Positions 40,328 through 52,982 of a stretch of DNA of 64,000 nt are shown here, piece by piece (positions within the stretch are counted from its first letter, which is position 1; each line of letters starts with the position of its first letter). Origin of the DNA: Ostrea edulis. Lineage: Eukaryota. The stretch spans positions 10,788,001-10,852,000 of the forward strand of contig NC_079166.1 of NCBI RefSeq assembly GCF_947568905.1. The letters run 5' to 3'. The translations under genes were made by a program, and so were the position numbers. The notes beneath the pieces were generated by a model, which had not been told where the DNA came from, ran no database searches, and was given only the letters and a program-made list of their open reading frames with translations.

Positions 40328-40624
40328 GTACATGTCCATTTGTACCAGTAATTACAAAAACATAAAATAAAGTATAAGGAAATGTATTTTGGGGGAAAAT
40401 GCTACTTGCTATAAGTCCAGTATATTCATAAGATTTTAAAGAATTTCAGGAGTTACAGATATGTTTTAGAATCATTACAGGATTATTTTCTTTGCTCAGA
40501 GTTGGAAACTACAATGACTCGTTAAATTTCATGGTCATCAAAATACATCCCAATAGCAGACAAATAATCTAAATTCAATTAACAATGCATGTCTGTCTCA
40601 TATATCGACCTGAAAACAAGTGCT

Positions 40625-40916
40625 TGTATACAGACCAGCCCATTCACATTAACAGAATGTAGACAGACCAGTCCATTCACATTAACAGAATGTAAACAGA
40701 CCAGTCCATTCACAATAACAGAATGTAAACAGACCAGCCCATTCACATTAGCAGAATGTAAACAGACCAGCCCATTCACATTAACAGAATGTGAACAGAC
40801 CAGCCCATTCACATTAACAGATTGTAAACAGACCAGTCCATGCACATTAACAGAATGTTAACAGACCAGTCCATTCACATTAACAGATTGTATACAGACC
40901 AGTCCATTCACAATAA
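40625..40916. repeat. 33-bp minisatellite, ~9 copies
   Basis: cagaccagcccattcacattaacagaatgtaaa. Confidence 0.95.
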
Positions 40917-41387
40917 CTTTTCCTGTAGTATTTAAAAGAAAAATTAATAACATCTATCAATGAATATGACATATTTTGTTAGCCATGAAATTCCTTGAGT
41001 CATACATGTATGTTAGATCAATCACTGTGATCCTGGAATTTTAACTTTAAATTTTAAGTTATATTTACCTCATACTGTGAGTGTAAATCTATTCAAAAAT
41101 GTTAGCGACTTACTTATTTTTTATGAATAACCTGTGCATGTATGGTGTTTGATAATTAAATCATGATTGTGAAGGAGAGCAATGTTGACATGTTTTAATG
41201 GATGAGATAATTTCCTGATACAAATCCACATTTTTCTCATACATGTAATTTTATGTTTTACTATATCTTGTCATCATGTTCACGTCACGTGCAATGTGAT
41301 TTTATGTTTTACTATATCTTGTCATCATGTTCACTTCACGTACAATGTGATTGTGGATTTCTGTATGTTTATATTTTCTATCCATAG

Positions 41388-41446
41388 TTTGGAAGTTTGT
41401 GAATGGATGTTTGAGCTATCTAACACAATTACAGCTGACAATCAAG
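41388..41446 (+). CDS. CUEDC2: CUEDC2 exon 3: LEVCEWMFELSNTITADNQ
   Basis: Acceptor ttttctatccatag|, donor AAG|GTAGGT, phase 2/1. Confidence 0.85.
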
Positions 41447-41734
41447 GTAGGTTTAGAATTTACTACTGTGATTTTTTGTAATTTTTACATTGAGAAAAGG
41501 TTCATGTGCTATAGGTGACTGTTGATCTGGACACTAGGGATCCAGGCCAAATCATCCAGATGAATGAAGCATCTGGATTACGTCATTAAAGATAAGATTA
41601 TTTTTGTAAAATTAATTTCCATGAAATACATATAAATGTACATGTATTTATTGTCCAGAAATTGAGTTCAAATAGGCAATTAATCTTCTACAAAAATTTC
41701 TAGATGTCTTGAAGTTTTAATGAGTCCATGCAAA

Positions 41735-42660
41735 ACACAGTACATGTACTACAGTCTTAATCATCCCAGACAATCAAAACACAGTAGATGTATTACAATC
41801 TTAATCATCCCAGACCATCAAAACACAGTACATGTACTACAGTCTTAATCATCCCAGACAATCAAAACACAGTAGATGTATTACAATCTTAATCATCCCA
41901 GACAATCAAAACACAGTACATGTACTACAGTCTTAATCATCCCAGACAATCAAAACACAGTACATGTATTACAATCTTAATCATCCCAGACCATCAAAAC
42001 ACAGTACATGTATTACAATCTTAATCATCCCAGACCATCAAAACACAGTACACATATTACAATCTTAATCATCCCAGACCATCAAAACACAGTACATGTA
42101 TTACAATCTTAATCATCCCAGACCATCAAAACACAGTACATGTATTACAATCTTAATCATCCCAGACCATCAAAACACAGTACACGTATTACAATCTTAA
42201 TCATCAAAACACAGTACACGTATCACAATCTTAATCATCAAAACACAGTACACGTATCACAATCTTAATCATCCCAGACCATCAAAACACAGTACACGTA
42301 TTACAATCTTAATCATCCCAGACCATCAAAACACAGTACTTGTATCACAGTCTTAATCATCAAAACACAGTACACGTATTACAATCTTAATCATCAAAAC
42401 ACAGTACACGTATCACAATCTTAATCATCCCGGACCTACACGTATCACAATCTTAATCATCCCGGACCTACACGTATTACAATCTTAATCATTCCGGACC
42501 TACACGTATCACAATCTTAATCATCCCGGACCTACACGTATTACAATCTTAATCATCCCGGACCTACACGTATTACAATCTTAATCATCCCGGACCTACA
42601 CGTATCACAATCTTAATCATCCCGGACCTACACGTATCACAATCTTAATCATCCCGGACC
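41735..42660. repeat. 44/34/32-bp compound minisatellite ending at the exon 4 acceptor tract
   Basis: aaaacacagtacatgtattacaatcttaatcatcccagaccatc and its deletion derivatives. Confidence 0.95.
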
Positions 42661-42673
42661 ATTTTATTCTTAG

Positions 42674-42789
42674 ATCTGAATCAAAGCACAGTGACTGCTG
42701 AAGATGAAGCGTTGCGTATAAAGGGAGATAAACACGAAATTCCACAGACAGAGGAGGAATCAAAAACTGAAGTCAATGGAAATGTTATG
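42674..42789 (+). CDS. CUEDC2: CUEDC2 exon 4 (acidic linker)
   Basis: Acceptor ttttattcttag|, donor ATG|GTAAAA, phase 1/0 keeps the frame. Confidence 0.8.
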
Positions 42790-43168
42790 GTAAAATAAAT
42801 GCTATTGATTCTTATACTTCTCTTTCCCTTTGTTTTGACAGGTGAAATAAAGTCTGGTCATAGTTTTAACCTACCATGGGTACTAATTCACACCATTTTT
42901 TGTTGAATATCAATTTTCATTGTTTTTTCCAGATGTAATGGACAAAGTACAAGGAATATTTCTCTGCTAAATTATATATCAGAGAAAATGTGCAGACTGT
43001 ATTTTGAATTCTGTTGAAAACAAATTTTCTTAAATGATGTCGTCCAATTTGTTGACATGATGTACTAGTCAACAGCCACATATTTGTGTGCAAGTTTTAC
43101 CTTCTTGCTGGCTAAAGCAAATTAGTTATCACATGATAATGATAAAGATTTTGAGATTGATATTTTAG

Positions 43169-43336
43169 GAGAATATGGAACCAGATGAAGATGTCAAGAT
43201 GCTTCTTGAAATGTTCCCCAATTCCTGCACACTTGAGATTACCCATTGTCTGGGGCTTGTGAAGGGGGATCTGGAATCAGCTGTACAGCTGGTACTGGAG
43301 AGAGAGGAGGCGGGCACCAGCATCAAAAGGTCAAAG
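43169..43336 (+). CDS. CUEDC2: CUEDC2 exon 5, CUE domain: LLEMFPNSCTLEITHCL...DLESAVQLVL
   Basis: MFP and di-leucine-like CUE motifs. Confidence 0.92.
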
Positions 43337-43683
43337 GTCAGGTGGAACATTCTGGTTATCTCTGCAGCAGAACTAAGGAAGATCTAAGTGCATCTGTTGT
43401 CTGTGTTGCTAAGCAGTACATAAGTTTTAATTTGAAAATGGTTAGGTGTGTTTACCCTTTCGATTGAGAAATTTATGTCAAAATATAGCATATTAGGAGA
43501 GTAATGGCCGTGATACAAATGATCCATCCAAAAAATAAAATCAGCACAAAATCCTTGTTTCACTTTACTCATTTTTCATCTTTATGAAATAGAATCTAAA
43601 AATCTCTTCCATGCTGCAATGTAAAGATATGATTCAAGATTTGTCTTCTGATAATTTTGTCCTCAATTTTGGGAAATAAAGTA

Positions 43684-43685
<2 letters not shown>

Positions 43686-43717
<32 letters not shown>

Positions 43718-43773
43718 TTTTCTGATCAAAATTTGTCCGCTGTCTGTCGTTGTTGTAAACTTTTCACAATTTT

Positions 43774-43818
<45 letters not shown>

Positions 43819-44594
43819 CAAAAGCATCCTTGGGTGAAGGGCTTTCAAGTTTGTTCAAATGAAGGGCGATGTCCCTTTCAAGGGGGAGATAATCACAAAA
43901 ATGCAAAAATAGGGTGGGGTCATTTAAAAATCTTCTCAAGAACCACTGGGCCAGAAGAGCTGAAATTTACCTGAAAGCTTCCTGACATATTGCAGATTCA
44001 AGTTTGTATAAATCATGGCCCCCGGGGGTAGGATGGGGCCACAAGGGGGGATCAAAGTTTTACATACAAATATATAGGGGAAAACTTTAAAAACCTTCTT
44101 TTCAAGAACCACTAAGCCAGAAAAGTTGAGATTTATATGAAAGCTTCCTGACATAATGCAGATTCAAGTTTGTTCAAATCATGGGGGTTGGATGGGGCCA
44201 CAATAGGGGATCAAAATTTTATATACAAATATATAGTTAAAATCTTCTTCTCAATAACCACTGAGTCAGAAAAGCTGATGTTTACAAGAAAACTTTCTGA
44301 CATAGTGCAGATTCAAGTTTGTTCAAATCATGGCCCCTGGGGGTAGGATGGGGCCACAAGTGGGGGGGGGGGGGTGTCAAAGTTTTACATACAAATACAG
44401 GAAAAATCTTTAAAAATCTTCTTCTCAAGAACCAATTGGGCCAAAGAAGTTGACATTTACATGAAAGCTTTCTGACATAGTGTAGATTCAAGTTTGCAAA
44501 AATCGTGGCCTCCAGGGGTAGTTGGGGCCATAATAGGGACTACGGTTTTACATGCATATATATATGGAAAGTCTTCAGATATGGGCCAAGGTGA

Positions 44595-44629
<35 letters not shown>
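43686..44629 (+). mobile_element. Helentron/HINE element with satellite array in CUEDC2 intron 5
   Basis: Same termini as 14041-15113. Confidence 0.9.
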
Positions 44630-44630
<1 letters not shown>

Positions 44631-44816
44631 TATTACGGTTCAATGCATTTTCTGGACTTGCGTGAACTGAATCATAGTCGGAACTCACAGATTTTGTCTC
44701 CGTAAACATCTGGGTTCCGATGTTGGAACTGAATATCACTCCTGAAATGGATAGAGTTTTACTAATTTATTCTGATAAAGATAACATTGTGATTGGATGA
44801 AAATATATTCTTCTAG

Positions 44817-44893
44817 GAAAAATCCAAATCTGCTTGTGAGAGAGGACCCTTGCTGTTAGATGACAAAGCAATGAAGAAAAAGATGATTGAAAG
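44817..44893 (+). CDS. CUEDC2: CUEDC2 exon 6: EKSKSACERG...KKKMIE
   Basis: Acceptor ttcttctag|, donor AAG|GTATGC, phase 0/2. Confidence 0.85.
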
Positions 44894-45059
44894 GTATGCT
44901 TAATGTACATGTATTTTCCTGAATGCAAATGGGTTTGTTTATAAAGATGGGATTCATTTACATTAAGCTTGCATTCATTTATGAATTTGGATTCATTTAT
45001 AAAGCTTAGATTAATTCCCAATACTTGTTTAAAATTCCCTAATTTTCTATTTTATTGCA

Positions 45060-45815
45060 ATTAGTCTGCGTCTGTTATCGTGCATTAACAATTGAACATT
45101 TTTAAATTCTTCTTGATAACTACCATTTCAATTCTTTTAAAAAAAAATTATGAAGCATCTTTTGGACAAGGGGGCATAAATTGAAGATTTCAGGAGTCCT
45201 GTACTACCTGGGCCTTAGGGGCAGGACAAAATATGCCAAAAATTGATCAATTTTCAAAAATCTTTTCTACAACCACACATTCACAAGAAAAACTAAGTGC
45301 ATAGTCATGTAGAACAGGAAGGCTTCTACCCGAATTGTTAAATATCATGATCACGGTCGTACATTTAGAAATTCTGGGAGGGGCCAAACTCAGTGCATGG
45401 TGTTTATATGTAAAATATTTAAACACATCTTCTTTAATGCTGTTAACACTGAATTGAAATTAGATATTTAGAAGGAACAGGTAACCCCCATCAAAATTGT
45501 AAATTTCATATCCCAGGGGTAGGAATTTTGGTACCAGGCCAAAATTATTCTAGTGATTATTGTCTTTATCATTCTCGATACTTCTCCTTTGATCTTTCTG
45601 ATACTGTATAAAAACTAAATGCATATTTTAGAAAAAAGCAGAAAGGTATGTACCAAAATTGTGAATGTTGTAACCCCAGGGTTTTGACTATAGGGCGGGT
45701 CCCTCCTGGTGCTGAATTTAGCTTAGACATGCAGAAAAGGAAAATTACTATATATTTTATGGCCATTGGGACTAGTGATACTTTTAACTAATGACCAATA
45801 ATGGGCCTCTTGTTT
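45060..45815 (+). mobile_element. Degenerate HINE element
   Basis: Diverged satellite-like body ending aatgggcctcttgtt. Confidence 0.55.
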
Positions 45816-46090
45816 ATAAAGCCACTACATGCCACATTACTGGTGCCAGGTTTTGCCTCTTGTTTATAAAGCCACTACATGCCACATTACTGGTGCCAGG
45901 TTTTGCCAATTTCAGTATGCAGCAAATCCGAATATAGGAGAATGGTCTGGATTACCAGTTCCCTATCTCCAGCATACTCAGGATGCATTCCTGTGCAACT
46001 TTGGGAAAATTTCTGTACACCCCTTATGAGACAAGGATAACAGAATATTGTAATCTGAGAGATAAATATTTCTTCATACAATTTATTCAG

Positions 46091-46151
46091 ATATGGCTAT
46101 CAAGATACAGATGATGATAAGAAGACATTCAAACCACCACCCCTTAAACAG
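46091..46151 (+). CDS. CUEDC2: CUEDC2 exon 7: YGYQDTDDDKKTFKPPPLKQ
   Basis: Acceptor atttattcag|, donor CAG|GTAGGT. Confidence 0.9.
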
Positions 46152-46249
46152 GTAGGTCAAATTTCTAGCAATAACATTCACTTCCTCTCTAATTAGAATT
46201 AATCAAGGGACCCTGCTAATTTAATCTGTTCTTGCATGGCCACCTTTCT

Positions 46250-47035
46250 GTCTGTTTCAGTGATAATCTGTCTGTCTGTGTGACTTGAACTGAGACATAG
46301 TGAATCCCTGATAATCTGTCTGTGTGACTTGAAGTGAGACATAGTGAATCCCTGATAATCTGTCTGTGTGACTTGAACTGAGACTTGGTGAATCCCTGAT
46401 AATCTGCCTGTGTGACTTGAACTGAGACATAGTGAATCCCTGATAATCTGTCTGTGTGACTTGAACTGAGACATAGTGAATCCCTGATAATCTGTCTGTG
46501 TGACTTGAAGTGAGACATAGTGAATCCCTGATAATCTGTCTGTGTGACTTGAACTGAGACATAGTGAATCCCTGATAATCTGTCTGTCTGTGTGACTTGA
46601 AGTGAGACATAGTGAATCCCTAATAATCTGTCTGTGTGTGTGACTTGAACTGAGACTTGGTGAATCCCTGATAATCTGTCTGTGTGACTTGAAGTGAGAC
46701 ATAGTGAATCCCTGATAATCTGTCTGTGTGTGTGACTTGAACTGAGACATAGTGAATCCGTGATAATCTGTCTGTCTGTGTGACTTGAAGTGAGACATAG
46801 TGAATCCGTGATAATCTGTCTGTGTGACTTGAACTGAGACATAATGAATCCGTGATAATCTGTCTATGTGACTTGAACTGAGACATAGTGAATCCCTGAT
46901 AATCTGTCTGTGTGACTTGAAGTGAGACATAGTGAATCCCTGATAATCTGTCTGTGTGACTTGAACTGAGACATGGTGAATCCCTAATAATCTGTCTGTC
47001 TGTGTGACTTGAACTGAGACTTGGTGAATCCCTGA
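46250..47035. repeat. 44/48-bp minisatellite in CUEDC2 intron 7
   Basis: gaatccctgataatctgtctgtgtgacttgaactgagacatagt. Confidence 0.95.
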
Positions 47036-47242
47036 TGACCTTGGTCGGTGAATCCCTAATGACTTTTGTCAAAGCTTTTTATCAGACATGTATGTCAAAA
47101 GCCAAAATACGAATTTATGACCATTTCAATTTGCCACCATTGTTTCAAACATATTATCTTTGCTCCCTTGCACGAAAATTGATGAGTTTATTGACCCCCA
47201 TACAATATTCCATGTATTGTTGTGTCTCTTCCTTGTTATGAA

Positions 47243-47566
47243 GCTCGGCGGTTGCAGCATTTGCCTCATGACTGGGAGCTGTAGGTTTGAGCCCCACTTG
47301 TACCTTGGCTGCATCGAACTAAAGGAGTGAAAATAAGTTGTGACTGCTCCTTTGATAAAAGTCATTTAAAAGTGATGGTTGCTGGTCTTTTAGATGAAAT
47401 TTTAATCAACAAAGGTCCTGTGTCACGACAGGTACTTCCTAGATAAAGAATCCTCACTGCTACAGCCCTGAGTGTCATGCATGAGTGTAATTTTGTGGCA
47501 CTTCGCCAACAGCTGTTGGTTTATCAACATCAGTGAAAAATTCTCCAAGGGACGTAAAACAAACAT
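47243..47566 (+). mobile_element. Degenerate full-length tRNA-derived SINE
   Basis: tRNA-like head, aaggtcctgtgtcacgacagg...gataaagaatcctcactgct core, aaaacaaac tail. Confidence 0.7.
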
Positions 47567-47774
47567 TACGTTGTGGTGACCTTATCATCCCTTTTACAGG
47601 CTTTCAAGCAGGCCCTTATTTTCCTTATTTTTCTACAACAGCCCTTATTTTCCTTATTTTAGCTTTAGAATCCTAAAAAAGCCCTAATTTTTTGTTGAAA
47701 TTCCTATATTTTCAAATTTTGAAAGTTTAAATAAATTTGACATAAAGTAAGTGTTGGAATTTATTAAATTTAGT

Positions 47775-48240
47775 CTTAGTATACTTTCAGAAAATAAATA
47801 TGTTGACATGGAATTAGATAAGATACCGCAATTAAACTATGAACCAAAATTAGTGCAGATTAAATCTATAATCAAACAATGGGAGAAAAGGTTTTTAACT
47901 CCCATAGGAAAAATTACAGTTATTAAGACATTGGTTTTGCCATTATTAAACCATATTTTAATGTCAATCCCAAATCCTTCTGAACTCTACCTTAAGGAAT
48001 TAAAAAAGATATTTTTCTTGTTTATATGGAATAATAAATTACAGGGTCAAAAAGGAGGTCATTGTTAAAAAATATGAAGATGGGGGTTTAGAAATGGTAA
48101 ACCTAATGGCATTCATAGCATCTATGAAGTTGTTTTGGATAAGAGTTCGTATGTTTTCAAATAGAGGGATGGAACATTTTATTCCAAAGTTGGACTTCAG
48201 CAAATTAGTAAACTGTGGAGTAGGGGATTTTCGAGTTCTT
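47775..48240 (+). mobile_element. Truncated L1/Tx1-type LINE ORF2 fragment
   Basis: IKQWEKRFLTPIGKITVIKTLVLP...FIWNNK, then a frameshift to RVKKEVIVKKYEDGGLEMVNL. This is the post-RT region of Tx1/L1 elements. Confidence 0.8.
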
Positions 48241-48328
48241 CCATGTCCGTGTGTATTCTGCATAATTAAGAATATCGTATTAAAAAATGATTGAATTTGA
48301 TTACGGTATGTTCTTTTTTTATGAATAG

Positions 48329-48475
48329 GAACCAAAGAAGATGGTTCGCTATCTTGATGGTCGTATCGTGAGCACAAAAGGAGAGCGATTTACTGAGATT
48401 AAAAAGGAAGATACAGAGGAGCTGAAAAAGACTTTCATAAACCTAAAACCTGCAAAAAAGTATCGTTTTCATTGA
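48329..48475 (+). CDS. CUEDC2: CUEDC2 exon 8 (last): [21 protein letters not shown]...[12 protein letters not shown]
   Basis: Diagnostic C-terminus (cf. human VSTKGERF...INLKPARKYRFH). Total CDS is 855 nt = 284 aa. Confidence 0.96.
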   Translation, partial: EPKKMVRYLDGRIVSTKGERFTEIKKEDTEELKKTFINLKPAKKYRFH

Positions 48476-49928
48476 TATCGGAGGTTTCAATCAGTCATTA
48501 GGATCTCTTATCACCTTTTACATCAACGCTTTTGTCGTAATATACTGTGGTCTTGTCGATATTCTTGGGCATGAAATTTTGTGGATTTCTCATTTTTGTT
48601 AATACCAGTACATAATTTCATGGAAAGGTACTTTTTGTTCCTTCATTTTAATTGTACTACATTAATCACTTCCTGTCTGGCATCTGACCATAAAGACGAA
48701 GAAAACTGGGCGGGGCCAGGTATGCAATGAAAAATTCAGAAACTACAACAGAAGTTTGAAACATTTGACATACAAAATGTCTACATTCCCAATACATACA
48801 CTGAATGTGTTCAATATAGAATATCTGCATGTAAAGATTTTTACTACAATGCAAGAAACAATACGTACAAGCATTCACACAAAAGTCTTGCCAATTAAGC
48901 ATTTATATATATGTAACTCTGTTAAGGGTCCTGAATTGAACAAATGTGTGATCTTCATGTGATATTTTTCATATCAGCATTATACATTTAGAGCATTATT
49001 AATGTTCAAGTTTTAATTTTAGTCAGTTTTATTTCATCTCTTGAAAGAAATTTATTTATATTGTCCATAAACACATTTTTAATTGTCTTTAATGTTGAAC
49101 AAAGAAATTTTCTATTAAAGGCTTCTATACAGCTTACTGACAACAGACACAATAAAGGCATAGTTTGGGTAGATTTTGAAATAAGGATATCACTACAATC
49201 ATGACACAGGGATATCACCCATTTATTATATGTGATACATGGGTCACTGATCTGAGTAGTGATATCATCTACTTCAAAATTTAAAAGATGCCACTAATAA
49301 ACAAGAGGAGGATGTCGTACGATTGGATCAATGTCACTGGAAAATGATGAAGTGATGCATCTTAATGATTTCAATAGGTACATATGTGTGATCACTTGTT
49401 TAAAACGATTCAGGGATATTACTTAAATAATTATTCTGTGTAGTACATGTACATATATAGATGATATCACTCAAATGAATAAGTGGTAGTTTTAGGGGTG
49501 GACAGGATATAGAAGGAGAAGGGAGACCACTCCTTTTCCCTGATGATATCACGGAATATTCATTTGAATTAGTGATATCCATAATAATTCTTTTTGTAAT
49601 GTCCCTTAATTGCATATTAGTGATATAGGAATTTAATACAAGTGGAAGTTGAAAAGTCTACCTACAGCTACAGAACAATTAGGTTAATAAAATTTAACTT
49701 CACTACGCAACGAGTTGTTAAATTACATTTGTAAGATGCAAGCGTCTTCATGTAGTGTAAAGTAAATTTTTCAAACTATAGTTTTTTGGCATTTTTAAAG
49801 AGCAATTCAGGTTAGTTGTGTAATACTGCAGAATCCTGTGTAGAGAGTATGTATTCCTCCTGTTGTAGGTAATATTTATATCACGGAGGTTTTTGTGGTT
49901 ATTGATATCATCATTTTATTATGTGTAT

Positions 49929-50969
49929 TTTTAGCTCACCTGAGCCAAAGGCTCAAGTGAGCTGTTCTTAAAATCAGAATTTGTCTGTTGTCAGCATCAT
50001 TGGCATTGTAAACTTTTCACAATTTCATCTTCTTCTTTAGAACTATTGGACCAATTTCAACCAAACTTGGCACAGAGCTTGAATTAAGGGGATTCAAGTT
50101 TGTTAAAAAATGAAGAGCCATCTCCCCTTCCAAGGGGATATAATCAAGAAACAAAAATAGGGTGGGGTCATTTAAAAATCTTCTTAAGAAACACTTGGCC
50201 AGAAAGGATGAAACTTTTTTGGGAAGCTTCCTGACATAGTGAAGTTTGCCCAAATCATGGCTCCCAGGAGTAGGATGGGGCCACAAAAGAGGATTAAATT
50301 CTTATGCGTAGGAAAAATCTTAAGCACAACTGGGCCATGATTAGACATATCAATAAGCAAGCATCTTCATGTAGTACAGAATCAAGACCATGTACACCAG
50401 GGGTAGGGTAAGGCCATGTGCACCAGGGGTAGGGTAAGGCCATGTACACCAGGGGTAGGGTAAGGCCATGTACACCAGGGGTAGGGTAAGGCCATGATAG
50501 GGGAACAAAGTTTTATATGGGAATAAAAAGGTTTTTAAAGAGCTTCTCATGAACTGCTAGGCTAAGGTTAGTCATGTCAACAAGCAAACATCCTCAAGGG
50601 TAATGCAAATTCTAGTTTATTCAAATACTGGCCCTAGAGGGTCGGGTTGAACCACAATAGGGAATCTAAATTTTATATGGCAATATATGGGAAATATATC
50701 TTTAGATCTTCTACTGTACTGTAAATTCAATTCCCTGGTAATCATGACCTGGGAGGATGGGGTTAGATGGGGGCATTGAAAGGTAATCAAAGTTTAACAT
50801 GACAGCATATACATGTTGGAGAAAATCTTATTCTCAAGAGCAGCAGATGCTTCCAATGCATGGCAATTCTTCGTGAGAATGAAGAGCCCGTTTAAAAATC
50901 AATCTTCTGATGAAGAACAGCAGGGCCAATATGACTCAGGTGAGCGTGTGACCCATGGGCCTCTTGCTT
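49929..50969 (+). mobile_element. Diverged Helentron/HINE element containing a 26-bp tandem repeat (50388-50497)
   Basis: ttagctcacctgagc ... tcaggtgagcg...ccatgggcctcttg. Confidence 0.85.
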
Positions 50970-51274
50970 TTTTAATGATGTTGATCATTCAGTTAAAACT
51001 ACAATTTTGATGTAAACAAGTATGTATTTTGTGGAACATACATGAACAAGTTTTTCCTTTGAGGAAAATTATTGAACCCAGTTTTCTAAGGTCTGACATT
51101 TAATATTGATGAGCATTTTGTGTATTATATATATATATATATGTTTTTTCTTCTTCAATTTTTACATACCTTTTTGTTATATATTTGATGCAGTTAGAAT
51201 AAATGTCTCAAAAATTATGATGAATTGAAGGTGTTCTTTATGTGTACTAAGTATTTTCATCCTTCTTTTTTTTT

Positions 51275-51360
51275 TTTAGCTCACAAGAGCTGAAAGCTCA
51301 AGTGAGCTTTTCTGAAAACATTTTTTGTCCAGCATTCGTCTTTCTGTCTGTAAACCTCCC
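51275..51360 (+). mobile_element. HINE 5' fragment
   Basis: ttagctcacaagagctgaaagctcaagtgagcttttctg. Confidence 0.7.
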
Positions 51361-51625
51361 ACTGCAGGTAGATTAGTCACTGTAGACACCCCAAGAATTC
51401 TGTCAATCACCTAGTCAATTTTATGGGACTATCCTGCACATATTTGTGAATGGGAATTGCCAGGCTGATCTCAGATTGTTAAAGGTTGACGGCGGAATTT
51501 GGTATGTACACTAACTCCCCAGCTGAATATCGACAACTAATTTACATTCCATGTCTATACTAATCTAAATGAAAATTTTAGCTACCCAAGCACATCAGTT
51601 CTACTGCATTCAATGTTCATGTATG

Positions 51626-52100
51626 TCTGGTAGATATTAAGAGGTCTGGTAGATATTATGAGGTCTGGTAGATATTAAGCGGTCTGGTAGATATTAAGAG
51701 GTCTGGTAGATATTAAGCGGTCTGGTAGATATTAAGAGTTCTGGTAGATAGTAAGAGGTCTGGTAGATATTAAGCGGTCTGGTAGATATTAAGAGGTCTG
51801 GTAGATATTAAGCGGTCTGGTAGATATTAAGAGTTCTGGTAGATAGTAAGAGGTCTGGTAGATATTAAGCGGTCTGGTAGATATTAAGCGGTCTGGTAGA
51901 TATTAAGAGTTCTGGTAGATAGTAAGAGGTCTGGTAGATATTAAGCGGTCTGGTAGATATTAAGAGTTCTGGTAGATAGTAAGAGGTCTGGTAGATATTA
52001 AGCGGTCTGGTAGATATTAAGAGGTCTGGTAGATATTAAGCGGTCTGGTAGATATTAAGAGTTCTGGTAGATAGTAAGAGGTCTGGTAGATATTAAGAGG
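51626..52100. repeat. 19-bp minisatellite, ~25 copies
   Basis: (a/c)ggtctggtagatattaag with variant agttctggtagatagtaag. Confidence 0.97.
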
Positions 52101-52490
52101 TAGGAAATTGGTGTACAGACTGCTGCATTTTCAACATTTGATTTTTAAAGGTATAAAGTTTCTTCGGTTCGAAAATCCTTATAACTACGAGGGCTGTTCG
52201 ATATATACATGTAATGTATATTGTACCACAGCGCGATAACACTTTGCACAATTTCGTGGATGATGATACTCTTGAATAGCTCTATTCTGAATACCTTTCG
52301 AATAGTATAAACACGAGCCTTCAGCTCCACATAATTTTAAACTTATAATATAGTCATTTCAATAGAGCCAGTCGTTGACCACTGTTATAAAAATGGTTTG
52401 GAAACGGGTCGAGAATATTGAAGAAATTACTGCTTATACATGTATAAAAATTCTCACAAAACTCGGTCATTTGGCAATGCAGATTTTTAC

Positions 52491-52609
52491 TGAATTGGCA
52501 CCAATTGTGATATAGGAGAGGAGGAGAGAAAATCTATGGCTGGACCGGAAATCAAACCCAGGACCCCTGCATTACTTGTCAGGTGCTCGAACCACTGAGT
52601 TATCCAGGC
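52491..52609 (-). mobile_element. tRNA-derived SINE head
   Basis: gcctggataactcagtggttcgagcacctgac...gggtttgatttccggtccagcc. Confidence 0.7.
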
Positions 52610-52782
52610 TGATGCCCACTGTCCATATAGCCCCCAACTACTGCAATAGTATAGAAGGGGAGCTAACTTCATGGTTAGTGGTTACAATGCTCTTTATAAC
52701 CATGCATATAGTAGAAGTACAGAAGATATTTAAATATTAAATACAATCCAAAAAGAGGATTTAAAAAACAAACAAAAAGCTA

Positions 52783-52982
52783 CTGTAAGAGTGATATTTA
52801 CGCATGGGGGAAATTTACACTAATTATGCTGTCACATACATTTCTCCCATGCGTATAGTTATAAATATTCAATATATTAATATATATCATATTCAGTTAC
52901 TGCTTATTTTTTCCCCATGCGTAATGTTGGACGTGGAAAAATGCGTACTTATAACCACCAGCGTAAATAAGCACTTTTACAG
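52783..52982. mobile_element. 200-bp TA-flanked MITE
   Basis: TA-ctgtaagagtgatatttacgc ... gcgtaaataagcacttttacag-TA. Confidence 0.7.

Noticed and set aside
40579-40861. Cys-rich repeat ORFs (QTSPFTLTECK)n on both strands
   Set aside because: They come from a 33-bp intronic minisatellite with no splice support.
46199-47072. Four overlapping minus-strand ORFs
   Set aside because: They are products of the 44/48-bp tandem repeat shifting frames, with no protein features.
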